DNA of 64,000 nt from Octopus vulgaris (taxonomy: Eukaryota). Every line of letters begins with the position of its first letter. Position 1 is the stretch's first letter. A model generated the notes under the pieces. That model did no database searches, was not told the DNA's origin, and worked only from the letters and a program-made list of their open reading frames with translations. Shown here in pieces: positions 43,074 through 54,098 of this stretch. The stretch lies in the NCBI GenBank assembly GCA_951406725.2, contig OX597818.1, forward strand, positions 9,114,001-9,178,000, read 5' to 3'. The position numbers and the translations under genes are program-made.

Positions 43074-43688
43074 CGGCATTACAATATCAAAACTGCCGAC
43101 AAGTGGTATAATCACCACCCTGAGGCTGTAACTGAAGGAGAAAATGTAACCATTCTGTGGGACTTTCCAGTACATACAGACCGAACCATCAAGGCCAATA
43201 AACCAGATATTGTTGTGAAAGACCAAAACAATAAAGTTTGCTTATTGATCGACATGAGCATCCCCTGTGATCATAATATCTCAGCGAAAGAGTTTGACAA
43301 GCTCAGAAAATATAAAGACCTACTCATTGAAATTGAGAAAATGTGGCATCTCAAGGCGGTTACAATACCAGTGATCGTAGGAGAACTAGGAATGATCAAG
43401 AAGGGAACCGAAAATTATATGAGAATGATCCCTGGCTTACCATCCCTGCAAGAAGTGCAAAAGATTGTCTTAACTGGTACATCACACGTATTGAGAAGAG
43501 CATTGTCGATGTGAGAACTGTTGCTGCTCATGTATTTTAATTTAACTTTAAAAAAAAAAAAAAATTAACGAACTACTGAGTTTGGTTTAATGGCTTACCA
43601 ATGTATACTATGAGTTTCTTTGCCCTAGGAGTCGGGAAGACACTCGGCAAGAAATGGAAGCAAATTTGAAAGAAGAAAAGAAAAAAGT
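43074..43688 (+). mobile_element. R4/Dong-type LINE, family B, short young 5'-truncated copy
   Basis: Uninterrupted frame LWDFPVHTDRTIKANKPDIVVKD...LIDMSIP..KYKDL...ALSM* (stop 43514), followed by a 3' UTR and (TAA)n tail. Confidence 0.95.
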
Positions 43689-43707
43689 AATAATAATAAT
43701 AATAATA

Positions 43708-43761
<54 letters not shown>

Positions 43762-44294
43762 GAGTGAGAGAGCAGTTCATGCCATCAAAGTGACACTGGG
43801 GTAAAATATACAAAGCCCAATATACCCATCATGACTACCCGTCTGATAAGGGTACACCAGGCACATGCATCACAACCATATGTGCGCGACATGGTGATCT
43901 CATATCAAGATAAACAGCACATGACCTTGCAGGTGGGGCCCAGTTAGAATTTTCTTCAGGTTGAGTAGCCCATCCTGCTCAAACAGTCCCTGAATAAGGG
44001 TTGTTTAAGGATGTTGAAAAAACCACCCATGTTTCCAGAGGTGAACTATTCAAACCACAAAGAATCCCTCTCAACACATGGCTATGATGCTCCCCCACTA
44101 CTTCTGCTCGTGATCAGATATGCACATATCGTCAGCCACTAAGGGACATGCTCAACTGGTTAAGGACAAACAACTGACAAGCAAATCTGTGGTATTGAGC
44201 AGAATATTTGCTGTAGCCCATCTTTTATACCAAGACAAAACAATGTACATGATAACACTTCTAATCAGTTAAGATCAGAAGCCATGAGAGTCAC

Positions 44295-44296
<2 letters not shown>
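43762..44296 (-). mobile_element. ~540-bp non-coding interspersed repeat bounded by (TAA/ATT)n (candidate non-autonomous Dong-dependent element)
   Basis: Homologous to 48148-48510 (same orientation) and 47294-47545 (opposite orientation). No ORF. The strand is inferred from the (TAA)n orientation. Confidence 0.75.
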
Positions 44297-44367
<71 letters not shown>

Positions 44368-44859
44368 ATTGAACGATGGACAGATAACCAGGATTACAAG
44401 GAAATAAATAATTCATTGATGCATGATTTACACACACATCTATGAAACACTCCCCCCACAATCATACAGGAATAAACTCATACAGTAAATACCGAATAAA
44501 ATTAACAAAGCCTACAACATGTGTCATAGAAGTCTAATACCTAACAGAAGAACACAACCTGTGCTGCACAAACAACACACAATGCAAAAACCAATACAAC
44601 AGAAGACTCAAACCAAGCCACATAACAAAACATACTGATGCAATACAGTGTTTCCCTACCAATTAAAACCTAAGCAGCAGTACATAAGTCCAGCAAAAGA
44701 TGTAATAGAAAGCAGCTTGAAACTGTCATTGTTTGAAATAAGATAGTGGCGATGACGTTGGTGACGAACTTTACCTTACCTCACTTTATGAAAGACAGGA
44801 GTATCCGTAGAAACTCTGATTGTAACAGCGAAAATTAGGGTAGACCGGCAAGAGAAGGC

Positions 44860-47280
44860 CTCCCGCTCGGCAGTGATTCAGTAAAGAAGCAGACTGATCA
44901 CAGCTGTTATCCTAATGCAGCATCAGCAGATAATAGAGTAAGGAGGAAGAAGTGGGCCAGCGAAGAAAACAGGGTAGTGATGCACTGCTGCTTAGAAAGG
45001 GCTACAGAAAACGGATGTTAACACGGTTAGAGAATGGTAAGTAATGCTATTTAGAAGAGAAATTTGATGACAGAACTTGAGGTGAAAGAGATCACATAAG
45101 CACTGGAAAAAAAAAAGAAGTAGGAAAGAAAAATAACAATATAACAGATACAGCTCAAACCAGAGAATAACCTCAACGAAAACATTATAATACTGCTACC
45201 AATAAGGAAGGGACAACTGACACCAGCTATTTAAGTGATTTAAGTGAGGAACATCAGAAGACTTTAGATGAGTTGCAGGAAGTAATGAGTAAAGAAGTAG
45301 GAAAAAATATTATCAGCATTGAAAATGTACGAACAGAAGGAAGCTGCTAGATATGACTATGGGATTAGATTGAGTTTTCAGTAGGATGGATACTAAAACT
45401 GTAGGAGACACTAACTTATTGAGCTACGGAAAAGGGGTAGTAATTACTAGAAAATTTGATATTCCCCTATGAAAGATAAAACAGGAGCAATTGTGGAAAA
45501 GGAGATTAGAGTATAAAGTGAAGTCTTTAGGACAACATCTGAGTAGAATAGAAGCTTGGAAATTGAAGAAGTTAGGAAACACAAGATCTTCTCTTGAGAA
45601 AAGATACTTAGTCAAAGAGAAAGTATTTGGGACAGTCATAGAAGAATTGAAACAACGAATCATAGCAGTAGCAAATAAGCTTCCCAGATATCAGAAAACA
45701 ATAGATCAATATCTACATGAAAGCTTATTTGACACAGATCAGAGGAGAATTTGTAACCAAATAAATAGTGGAGAAATAAGTGCTGAGGATGAGAAACGTA
45801 ATGCAGAAAAGGCTACAAACTTCTGGAGTAATATTTGGGATAAGCCAGTCAATAATAATGGAGCACAATGAAAGAAAGTGAGGGAGGAAGTAGTGAGCAA
45901 GAAGTAGCCAGACTTACTGTGCATTAATGAGTAAAGTGTTAGAGAAATGCCCTACTGAAAGATGCCACAATCAGATTTATTTCAATAGTACTAGTTAAAG
46001 AAGATTAGTAGTTTACATGGGAGGCTGAGAGAACAACTTCAGGATTGCATAATGGAGGAACAATACAAGATTGGATGACTATAGGGAGGACAATACACAT
46101 TATGAAAGATAAGAGCAAGGGTAATATGACTATCCATTATAAAACAATCACCTGCTTAACATTAGTGTGGACACTTTTAACAGGAATGCTTTCAGAAAGC
46201 CTTTACGAGTACCTTGGCAACTAGAAGAACAGAAAGGTTGCAAGAAAGCAAGGGGAACGCATGATCTATTATACATACACGAAACAGTTCTTAATGAAGT
46301 AAAAGCCATAACGAAACATCTAACAATAACATCGAAAAATCATAAGAAAGCATATGACGTGATCCCCCACTCATTGCATGTTTGAGTATAGAAGACAACA
46401 TAAGAGAATTAGTTAGTTTTAGCATGAAGAAATGGAAAGTAGATCTCTTCTCAGGTGACACAGACTTAGAGAAAGTTAATATCCGAGAAGTCTCCTTGTC
46501 CTCTTTAATATTTGTCTAGTGTTTGACCCCCCTCAGTTAAGTATTAAGGAAGGCAAAAATAGTGCATCAGTTCAGAAATAATAAGGAAAAATTAACCATT
46601 TGCTCTACATTAATGATCTGAAGCATTTTAGTAAGAATGAAAAGGAGGTAGGTTCATTAATACAGACGGTAAGACTCTTCAACAAAGATATAGGTATGGA
46701 ATTTGCCATTGATAAGTGATGAATAATAGTCATGAGAAGGGGACAGGTAGTCAATAAGTGAAGGCACCCAATTATCGATGGTCGCACATTCAAATCATTC
46801 AATGAAGGGGAGAGTTTTAAGCATCTAGGAGTATGAGCATCTGACAGGATATTAACTCTAGAAATGAAAAGGTAAATTGAGGAGTACCTCCGAAGTGTGT
46901 GTATATATAAGGACCTTAAAAATGAAATACAAAAGACGAGGCATTATAAAGTGAGAAGTGTTCCTGTTATTGTGGATGCCCCAAGTATGATAAAAAATAG
47001 GGATACCAGAAACATCTAGATAATATCCCAGGACAACCATGTTGCAGAGAAATCTAAAGGGTTGTGCTGACAAGTACTGCCCACATCTTTACAAAAGCCC
47101 TATCAATTTATATGTGTGTTGTATTACATGAAGATATATCGCTTACTGACTCTGCCACTTCTTCCCAAGCTTTCAATCATACTGGAACATCTCTTATCCT
47201 TCATCGTTCTAAAACGCTGGGTGTGTCTCGGCAAGTGATTGTTACAAGCATGCATAATAAATGTAAAATACATATATAAT
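44860..47280 (+). mobile_element. Old R4/Dong-type LINE, near full-length but heavily decayed (possibly composite)
   Basis: RRKKWASEEN N-terminal motif. ORF 45491-45871 (WKRRLE..ELKQRI.A...RY...FWSNIW). EEQKGC, KKAYD.IPH and LYINDLK. The 3' UTR resembles family C. 44371-44700 may be another decayed 5' piece. Confidence 0.8.
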
Positions 47281-47293
47281 GATAATAATAATA

Positions 47294-47545
47294 CATGCCC
47301 AGATTGGGTAACAGGCAGTGGCTCTCATGACTTTTGATCTTAACTGATTGAAAGTGTTATCATGTAGGTGTTTTGCCGTGGTATAAAAGGTTGGCTCTCA
47401 GCAAATATTCTGCTCAATACCACATATTTGCTTGTCAGTTGCTTGACTTTAAGTAGTTGAATATGTCCTTAGTGGCTTACGATATATGCATGTCTGATCG
47501 CACGCAGAAGTAGTGGGGGAGCATCATAGTCATGTGTAGGGATTA
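47294..47545 (+). mobile_element. Partial copy of the ~540-bp repeat
   Basis: Reverse complement of ~44075-44296 plus ~25 extra terminal bases, preceded by TAA repeats. Confidence 0.8.
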
Positions 47546-47882
47546 AGAGAATTATTCTGTAAAGAAAATCCTTTGCTAACGTATAAGTTGAGACAATCAC
47601 TAAATTGCCATAGCTTAAATGAACGTCTTGGGAAAGTTATAGCTTAGATTGATGTGAGTGGCGTAAAATGAGTAATGTTGCAACTAAAAAATCCAAGTTG
47701 AAGAAGCAGAAAAATAAAGGAGTTATATCTTGCCATCAACAGTCACATTTGAACAATCCCAAGAAAAAGTCATCATTTGGCCTCTTCGCCAAAATGAGTA
47801 CAAGTAAAATTCATACCTCTACTCAACTTCTTTTCTTTACTTCTCTGTCAAACACACAAAATCGACGTGTGTGACCGCCACC

Positions 47883-47883
<1 letters not shown>

Positions 47884-47924
<41 letters not shown>

Positions 47925-47952
47925 AATCATCATCATCATCATTATCATCATC

Positions 47953-48048
<96 letters not shown>

Positions 48049-48085
48049 GTTGTTGTTGTTGTTGTTGTTATTATTATTACTATTA

Positions 48086-48119
<34 letters not shown>

Positions 48120-48147
48120 CATTATTACTATTATTATTATTATTATT
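47884..48147. repeat. (ATC)n/(ATT)n/(GTT)n compound microsatellite
   Basis: Direct reading. Confidence 0.95.
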
Positions 48148-48510
48148 GGGTGAAAGAACAGTGCATGCCATCAAAGTTACACTGGGGATAAAATATACGA
48201 ATCCCAGTATACCTATCATGACTACACGTCTGATAAGGGTACACCAGGCACATGCATCACAACCATATGTACGCGACATAGATACCTTCTATCAAGATAA
48301 AAAGCGTATGACCTTGCAGCTGGGACCCAGTTACAATTTTTTTTCAGGTTGAGTAGCACATCTCGATCAAAAGGTCCCTGAATAGTGTTTGCTTAAGGAT
48401 GATGAAAAAATAACACTCATGTTTCTGGAGGTGAATCTTTGAAACACCAAAGAATTTCTCTCAACCCATAGTTATACTGCTTCCCAACTTCTGCTCGTGA
48501 TCAGAGTTGC
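48148..48510 (-). mobile_element. Partial copy of the ~540-bp repeat
   Basis: Aligns to 43762-44125, with the same boundary against (ATT)n. Confidence 0.85.
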
Positions 48511-49534
48511 AAATATCATATTCTTACATGTGTTTACTGCGTTTACTTTTTCGCTTCTTGTTCTAATACAAAAGCTTGCCGAGAATATACGCAGTCTCCT
48601 GGGCCATTCGCACCACGTATATCCTCTTTTCCTTAAATTTACTAGATGGCAGTACAATTATCTTGAATCTTGAATTCCTTAAATCTTCTACTGAGGAGAC
48701 TAAGATATAGTGAGTTGACTGAGGCAGAAATTGTCTCCTTGCCTTTCCAATGCTGCCCGCTCATAAATCGTGATACATCGTCTTCTTTTCCTTGCCAAAA
48801 TGAAACGACGCACTAATCCTTACGATAGATTCGGATGTTAGCCAAATACGAATTATATATAACATAAGCTGTTCTATAAACAATACTTCCGTCCTGGTAA
48901 TACAGTAATCTACGCAAATTTAAAATGAAGGAAGCCAAGAATGTCAAACAGAAATGAATTACTGATGTAATATATATGTGCTCTCTAACTTACCCAAAGC
49001 TACTTCACAGATAGGGAATTCATATGGGTGACTGTTACGTCTCGTATTGTTGTTACCGTTATTGCTGATGCTTCCATTGATATGTCTGAGTTTGTGGTTC
49101 TAGCATCAGTACATATATATGTCCTGTTACTGATTCGAGCTAATGCACTCATGTAAGCACACCCATAGTCTAAAAATGTAGTAGCACTGATTATCCAGTG
49201 TATATTTCGAGAGTGTTTATTTCGTACAGGTTCCAAGATTTTTGCAGAAAGAGAGTGTGTTTTCAGGAAATTCTTCTATTTAAAGCGGATTTCATAACTA
49301 CATTAAAATTCATTCATTGGTACTTACGTGTATGTATGAGGACTTGGGCAATCTTATTGGCGTCATTTCACTGCATTACTATCTGCAGACATTTCTTACG
49401 TCATTCATTTCTGTAGGTTTTATTTGTTTTGCTTTTGTATTAGGCCATCCTTAAACGTGATGTTTATATACATATATATATATTTGTGTGTGTGCGTGTG
49501 TGCGTGTGTGCGTGTGTGCGTGTGTGTATGTATT

Positions 49535-49589
<55 letters not shown>

Positions 49590-52559
49590 ATACACACTGT
49601 ATATGTATATACCCACAAACGCTCACACAAATATACACGCACATAAATGTATGTAAGACCTTTGTATGACAAACAAAGAAAGGTGGGTTGTTGTGAACAT
49701 GGATTAGCAGCCAAATATCTCCCGAAACGTGTTTACCGTAGCTTTCATATCAAAATATCTCACTTAAGAATAATATTTCTTGGGGCGTGCTGTGCCTAAT
49801 AACGTAATATATGTCGGGAGCAAAGGAAAATCGTCCTAGTAGCGACTTGTAGAAATTCTAGATGCATAATTCTCCGTATTGATAAATATAAGTATAATTT
49901 AGACATAGATTCTGTCACACTTATTCTATCTGACATTCTGAGAATTAGTTAAGCTATGTAAAATCATCGGTTACATAGACTAAAATTCAATATTGGAAAT
50001 TCAGCTAACTGAACATTTGAAGTAATCATCTTGAAATCTGTTCATCGGCAATATGATCACATATGTACTTTCATAGATGTATTGAATTTAATTTCATACA
50101 CATTTTTGAAATAATGTGGCATTCAATGTCAAAATCGATAAAGGCAAGATAACAAAGTTCGGTTTGTGATAAAGTGAATAGTTCTTTGCGCCCTCACTTG
50201 AGAATATTTCGAGATTCGTCTTCGTGCTCCATTCATTTTGGCTTCCATGAAATAAGTACCAGTCAAGCACTGAGTGAATTTAATAAACTACAATTCTACT
50301 CTCCAATGTCCTGTATTTGTGACTGTTTTATATAAGAAATCAATATTATTTATATTTAAAATATTTTCTATTAATTCTATTTTACTGACGCCTAGACACA
50401 CAAACATATCAGAATGTGTGTTTATATGTGTGTGAGTGTGTTATGTGTGTGCGCGTGTGCGTGCGTGTGTTTGTGTGTGTGTGTGTTTTGTGTGTGTGTG
50501 TGTATGTGCGCGTGTGTGTGTGTGTGTGTGTGCAAGTGTGTCGTTGTGCACGCAAGACACTAATGATTAGTGGAAGTCAATGAATAATAAACAACAGTAA
50601 TTGGTCTCAGAAGTTTCTATTGATAAATTGTAGAAACTTTCCAATACTTCGCTAACAAGAATTCAACAGCCTCCGAGATTGCAAAACAAAAAATTTAAAA
50701 CATATAAAAACAACCACCACAACAACAATATCATCAGACATAACAACGACAACATTAAAAAGCAACAAACTCCAAAGAAAAAATCGAAAAGTTTTGCCAT
50801 AACATAACTAAAATATTAGTATGTTAGTATTTTGTTTGCGACAAAACTGTTCCTAACCTTAGAGAGATTAAAGCAACATAAGCCAGTAGACGTTTTCTTT
50901 TTCTTCTATCTATATTTTATATAGATATATATTTTTTACTTTATTTATCAATATATTCAAGATGTTTACCAGCATTTTGTAAACGTCATACTTGAAATGG
51001 ATTTTTATATTTTACTGTTTTGTTAATTTATAGCGGTTTATATATTTAGTTACTTCGTCATTTATTCATTTATCTATTCACATTTCTGCTAATTTCAGTT
51101 ATTCTCGATAATTTCTATTATTGTCAGTGAAAATTTTATATTTTGCAATTTTGGTACTTTATCGAAATGTGATAGGAGAGTGTTGTTGATGCGACACTTG
51201 AAATATGCTCATTACTGAAGTGTATTCCTTTCAAACTATAAATAATAACTGTACCTTGGTATTTCTACACATTTGGTTATACTTGGTTATAAGGCCTGTC
51301 AAATGCCTCATTCTATCTCAATAACATAACTTGCGCCGTTCGATAATCTTTAAACTAGGAATGTCTTAAAACATGTACGGTTTCGTACATCTTTCCCTTT
51401 CAAATTTTCAGATTTATTAAATTACTTGTAAAGTACGGGCATCGATATAAATCCTACTCCCGCAAAATCTGAGAGCTTGTGCCTATATTTGAATTAATTA
51501 TTTCACATATACTGGAAACTGTCGTTAAATTTAGCTGTAGATCAGTTGTGATGATCAAGATTATACAGTCGTGAACATAGAGTATTCGATTATAACTTGT
51601 AATGTACTTTTACTTTTTTGAATATGAGGGTGTGAGTTAGAAGAAATTTAGTTTCTATTTCCAGTATACCTAGTTAATTCATTGTAGCGCTTTTGTTAAC
51701 TTGTAGGCTTCTGCATTGAAACAAAGCTACACAATATGACTTAATAGATATTTACGTCACTACCAACGTCTTAGCTGCTACTTGATACATAGATCGAGGG
51801 TCGAAGTGAAATGGGAAATAGATTATGTCAGCCTTCTACCATAAGAAAGTAAGTAGGGAGCTTCTACATCATCGCTTGATGTGACTGATATAGCAGTCAC
51901 AGTTTCCTACAATTGTTCTCTGCTCCCTTAAAAAAGTGTTGTATGCATTGGATTATGTAGACACAAATTTACAGATTAAATATAAAGATTGGATAATCAT
52001 ACTCGAACACTTTCATCATAGGTGTGCTTGGTCATGGAAGCTACATGATATGAAGAAAACACAACTAAATATAAAATATTTAGTTATGCTATTGTTCTAG
52101 ATTTCATATTATGTTCTAACATCGTAGTAAGATAACAAATTGTTGGATAAGAAATCAAAATATTGGAAAAATTTATTGTAGAGGATTTAAGGTGGGGCAG
52201 TGAATATAGAACAGAAATAACCATTACAAAAATTGAATTAGTACAACAATATGTCTGTTACTTGACCACTATCTTCCGATCTTTGATTTTCGTTTCTTTA
52301 AAATATCTATTTTTGAACTTTGGTAATTTCAATATTGTAAGCTGAGACAAAAAAAAAGTTTCATGCTCTTGTTATATTTTCTTGCATTAAACATAGCAGC
52401 AACAATATATCTTTTACGCGAAGTGTATCTCTGCCTTAATTATTTTTCTGTTCCCAGCAGGGGACATTGTTTTAGTAATATCGACAAAACTGCCGAGGTG
52501 AATACTATAAAATAAATTTGCCAGGAGTTAGCTCCCTTACTTATCTATAAAATATTTTC

Positions 52560-52706
52560 TGATGTAGGCACACGCCAACAAATTTACGGCATGATATTCT
52601 TTATAAGTCGACCTTGGTGGAATTTGAACTCAGAGCGTAACTATGGGCAAAATGCTTAGCGACATGTTGTCCGTCGTGCTAACGATTCTGAGAGCTCGCC
52701 ACCTTA
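52560..52706 (-). mobile_element. SINE S1, internally deleted
   Basis: Minus strand AAGGTGGCGAGCTCTCAGAATCGTTAGCACG...CTGAGTTCAAATTCCACCAAGGTCGACTT. The head abuts (TAA)n at 52707-52803. Confidence 0.8.
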
Positions 52707-52726
52707 ATGATAATAATAATAATAAG

Positions 52727-52803
<77 letters not shown>

Positions 52804-53750
52804 TGTGAAGCTCTAATCCCTGACCCGTCCAGTTTTGTTGATGCATTTTCTGCACTTCTTGTATATCGGCGATGTCCTCTATATGATAAAGAACAGCTGC
52901 CACCAGCCAGCATTCATTTATTTGGGGGAGGGGCACCTCCCCAATTTTCATTTTCGTCACGAGCCGACCAAGGGATATCGACACGAGCGGAATTCCTCTG
53001 TTTTTAGGGGGACAACGCAATGCTGTCTTGCTTCTTTCTCTGTTGCAAAACGCTCTTTCACCGAGCCAAAGCGTTTTCCTCTTGTTTCTTAGGTTTTGTT
53101 GGTCCAAATCGGTCTGAGGGACATTTCCACCTGTTGTTGGCTGGCTTGTTCTACTCTTTTCTACTTGATGTTTAAAACTCTGTATATTACTAATTTTCGA
53201 TCCGTCTCCTTTATTAATTCTTCAGGAGTGTTAAGGAAGACATTGTTTCTTTCCTTCCGTAACAACTGCTTTGCATTTTGTAGTTCACTTTTTGTTAAAT
53301 TCAACAACTCTTTTGTCTGCTTTGCTTCCGAGGCGAAACCGTTGCCGCTAGATTTACTGTTCGTATTTGTGATGTCACTGTCATTCTTTTTTGTTTCTTT
53401 CCTTTCTTTCTCCTCTTTTTCAGGAACAATCTCTTGGTTTGCTATATGTTCTTTGTTGTTGCTGATGGTGGTGGTGGTGTTGGCATCACTGCACATGTTG
53501 TGCTGTTCAGAGGGGTAATCTTGACTGTACTGGCCGTCAGAACAGCCACTGCCACTCCCCTCGATAGAAGAAGCCATCTTGTTTTTTTTTTCTCATCAAA
53601 CGAAAAAACAATTTTTGTTCTTTTTAAATGGACAAAAGTGTGTTCGGAAAACAAAACCCAACAAACAAACACTCAATAAACTTGAAAAATAACAACAAGT
53701 TTCCAACTGACGGAGCTCTGAAAGACACGTCTTACATCGACGACAAAAAC
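52804..53750 (-). mobile_element. L1/Tx1-like LINE 5' fragment (5' UTR plus ORF1 N-terminus), bounded by (ATT)n on both sides
   Basis: ORF 53161-53577 (MASSIEGS..RKLVIYRVLN) continues through stops and frameshifts as TRGKRFGSV..RFATEKEAR..LGRLVTKMKIGEVP..INECWLVAAVLY, an RRM-like ORF1 pattern. The 5' end reads AGTTTTTG..AGACGTG. Clade not confirmed by search. Confidence 0.55.
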
Positions 53751-53799
<49 letters not shown>

Positions 53800-53801
<2 letters not shown>

Positions 53802-53896
53802 GAGACACCGGGGGACGTTTAAGGAAGAGACACTGGGGGACGTTTAAGAAGAGACACCGGGGGACGTTTAAGAAGAGACACCGGGGGACATTTAAG
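53800..53896 (+). repeat. Four tandem 24-bp monomers at the 5' end of the family A LINE
   Basis: AAGAGACACCGGGGGACGTTTAAG at 53800, 53825, 53849 and 53873, with single substitutions in units 2 and 4. Confidence 0.95.
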
Positions 53897-54098
53897 ATGT
53901 AAGAACGATAAAGCAGAGCTCCGAAATCTATCCACAAACATCGAAAACAAGGACATCTTATGGAGCCAAAGATTTACTAACAAAGGATTGGACTGTATCC
54001 GAGTAAGTAATACTAATTGAAATTTATTACTATTTTCGAAACGAAATGATGTATTTTGACTCGATATCATCTCCACCTCTAACACAACACATGTAAAC

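Noticed and set aside
43834-43895. CTGATAAG as a hammerhead core in the 540-bp repeat
   Set aside because: It lies in the loop of a TACCC/GGGTA hairpin, with no stem II followed by GAAA.
44255-44285. Resemblance of TTCTAATCAGTTAAGATCAGA to part of U2 snRNA
   Set aside because: The match is short and gapped, and the flanking U2 sequence (branch-pairing region, Sm site) is absent.
49000-49416. ORFs 49000-49236 (-) and 49198-49416 (+) as host exons
   Set aside because: No recognisable domain, and the splice signals are no better than chance.
53800-53896. CRISPR-like 24-bp direct repeats
   Set aside because: The units are contiguous with no unique spacers, there are no cas genes, and the context is a eukaryotic retrotransposon.
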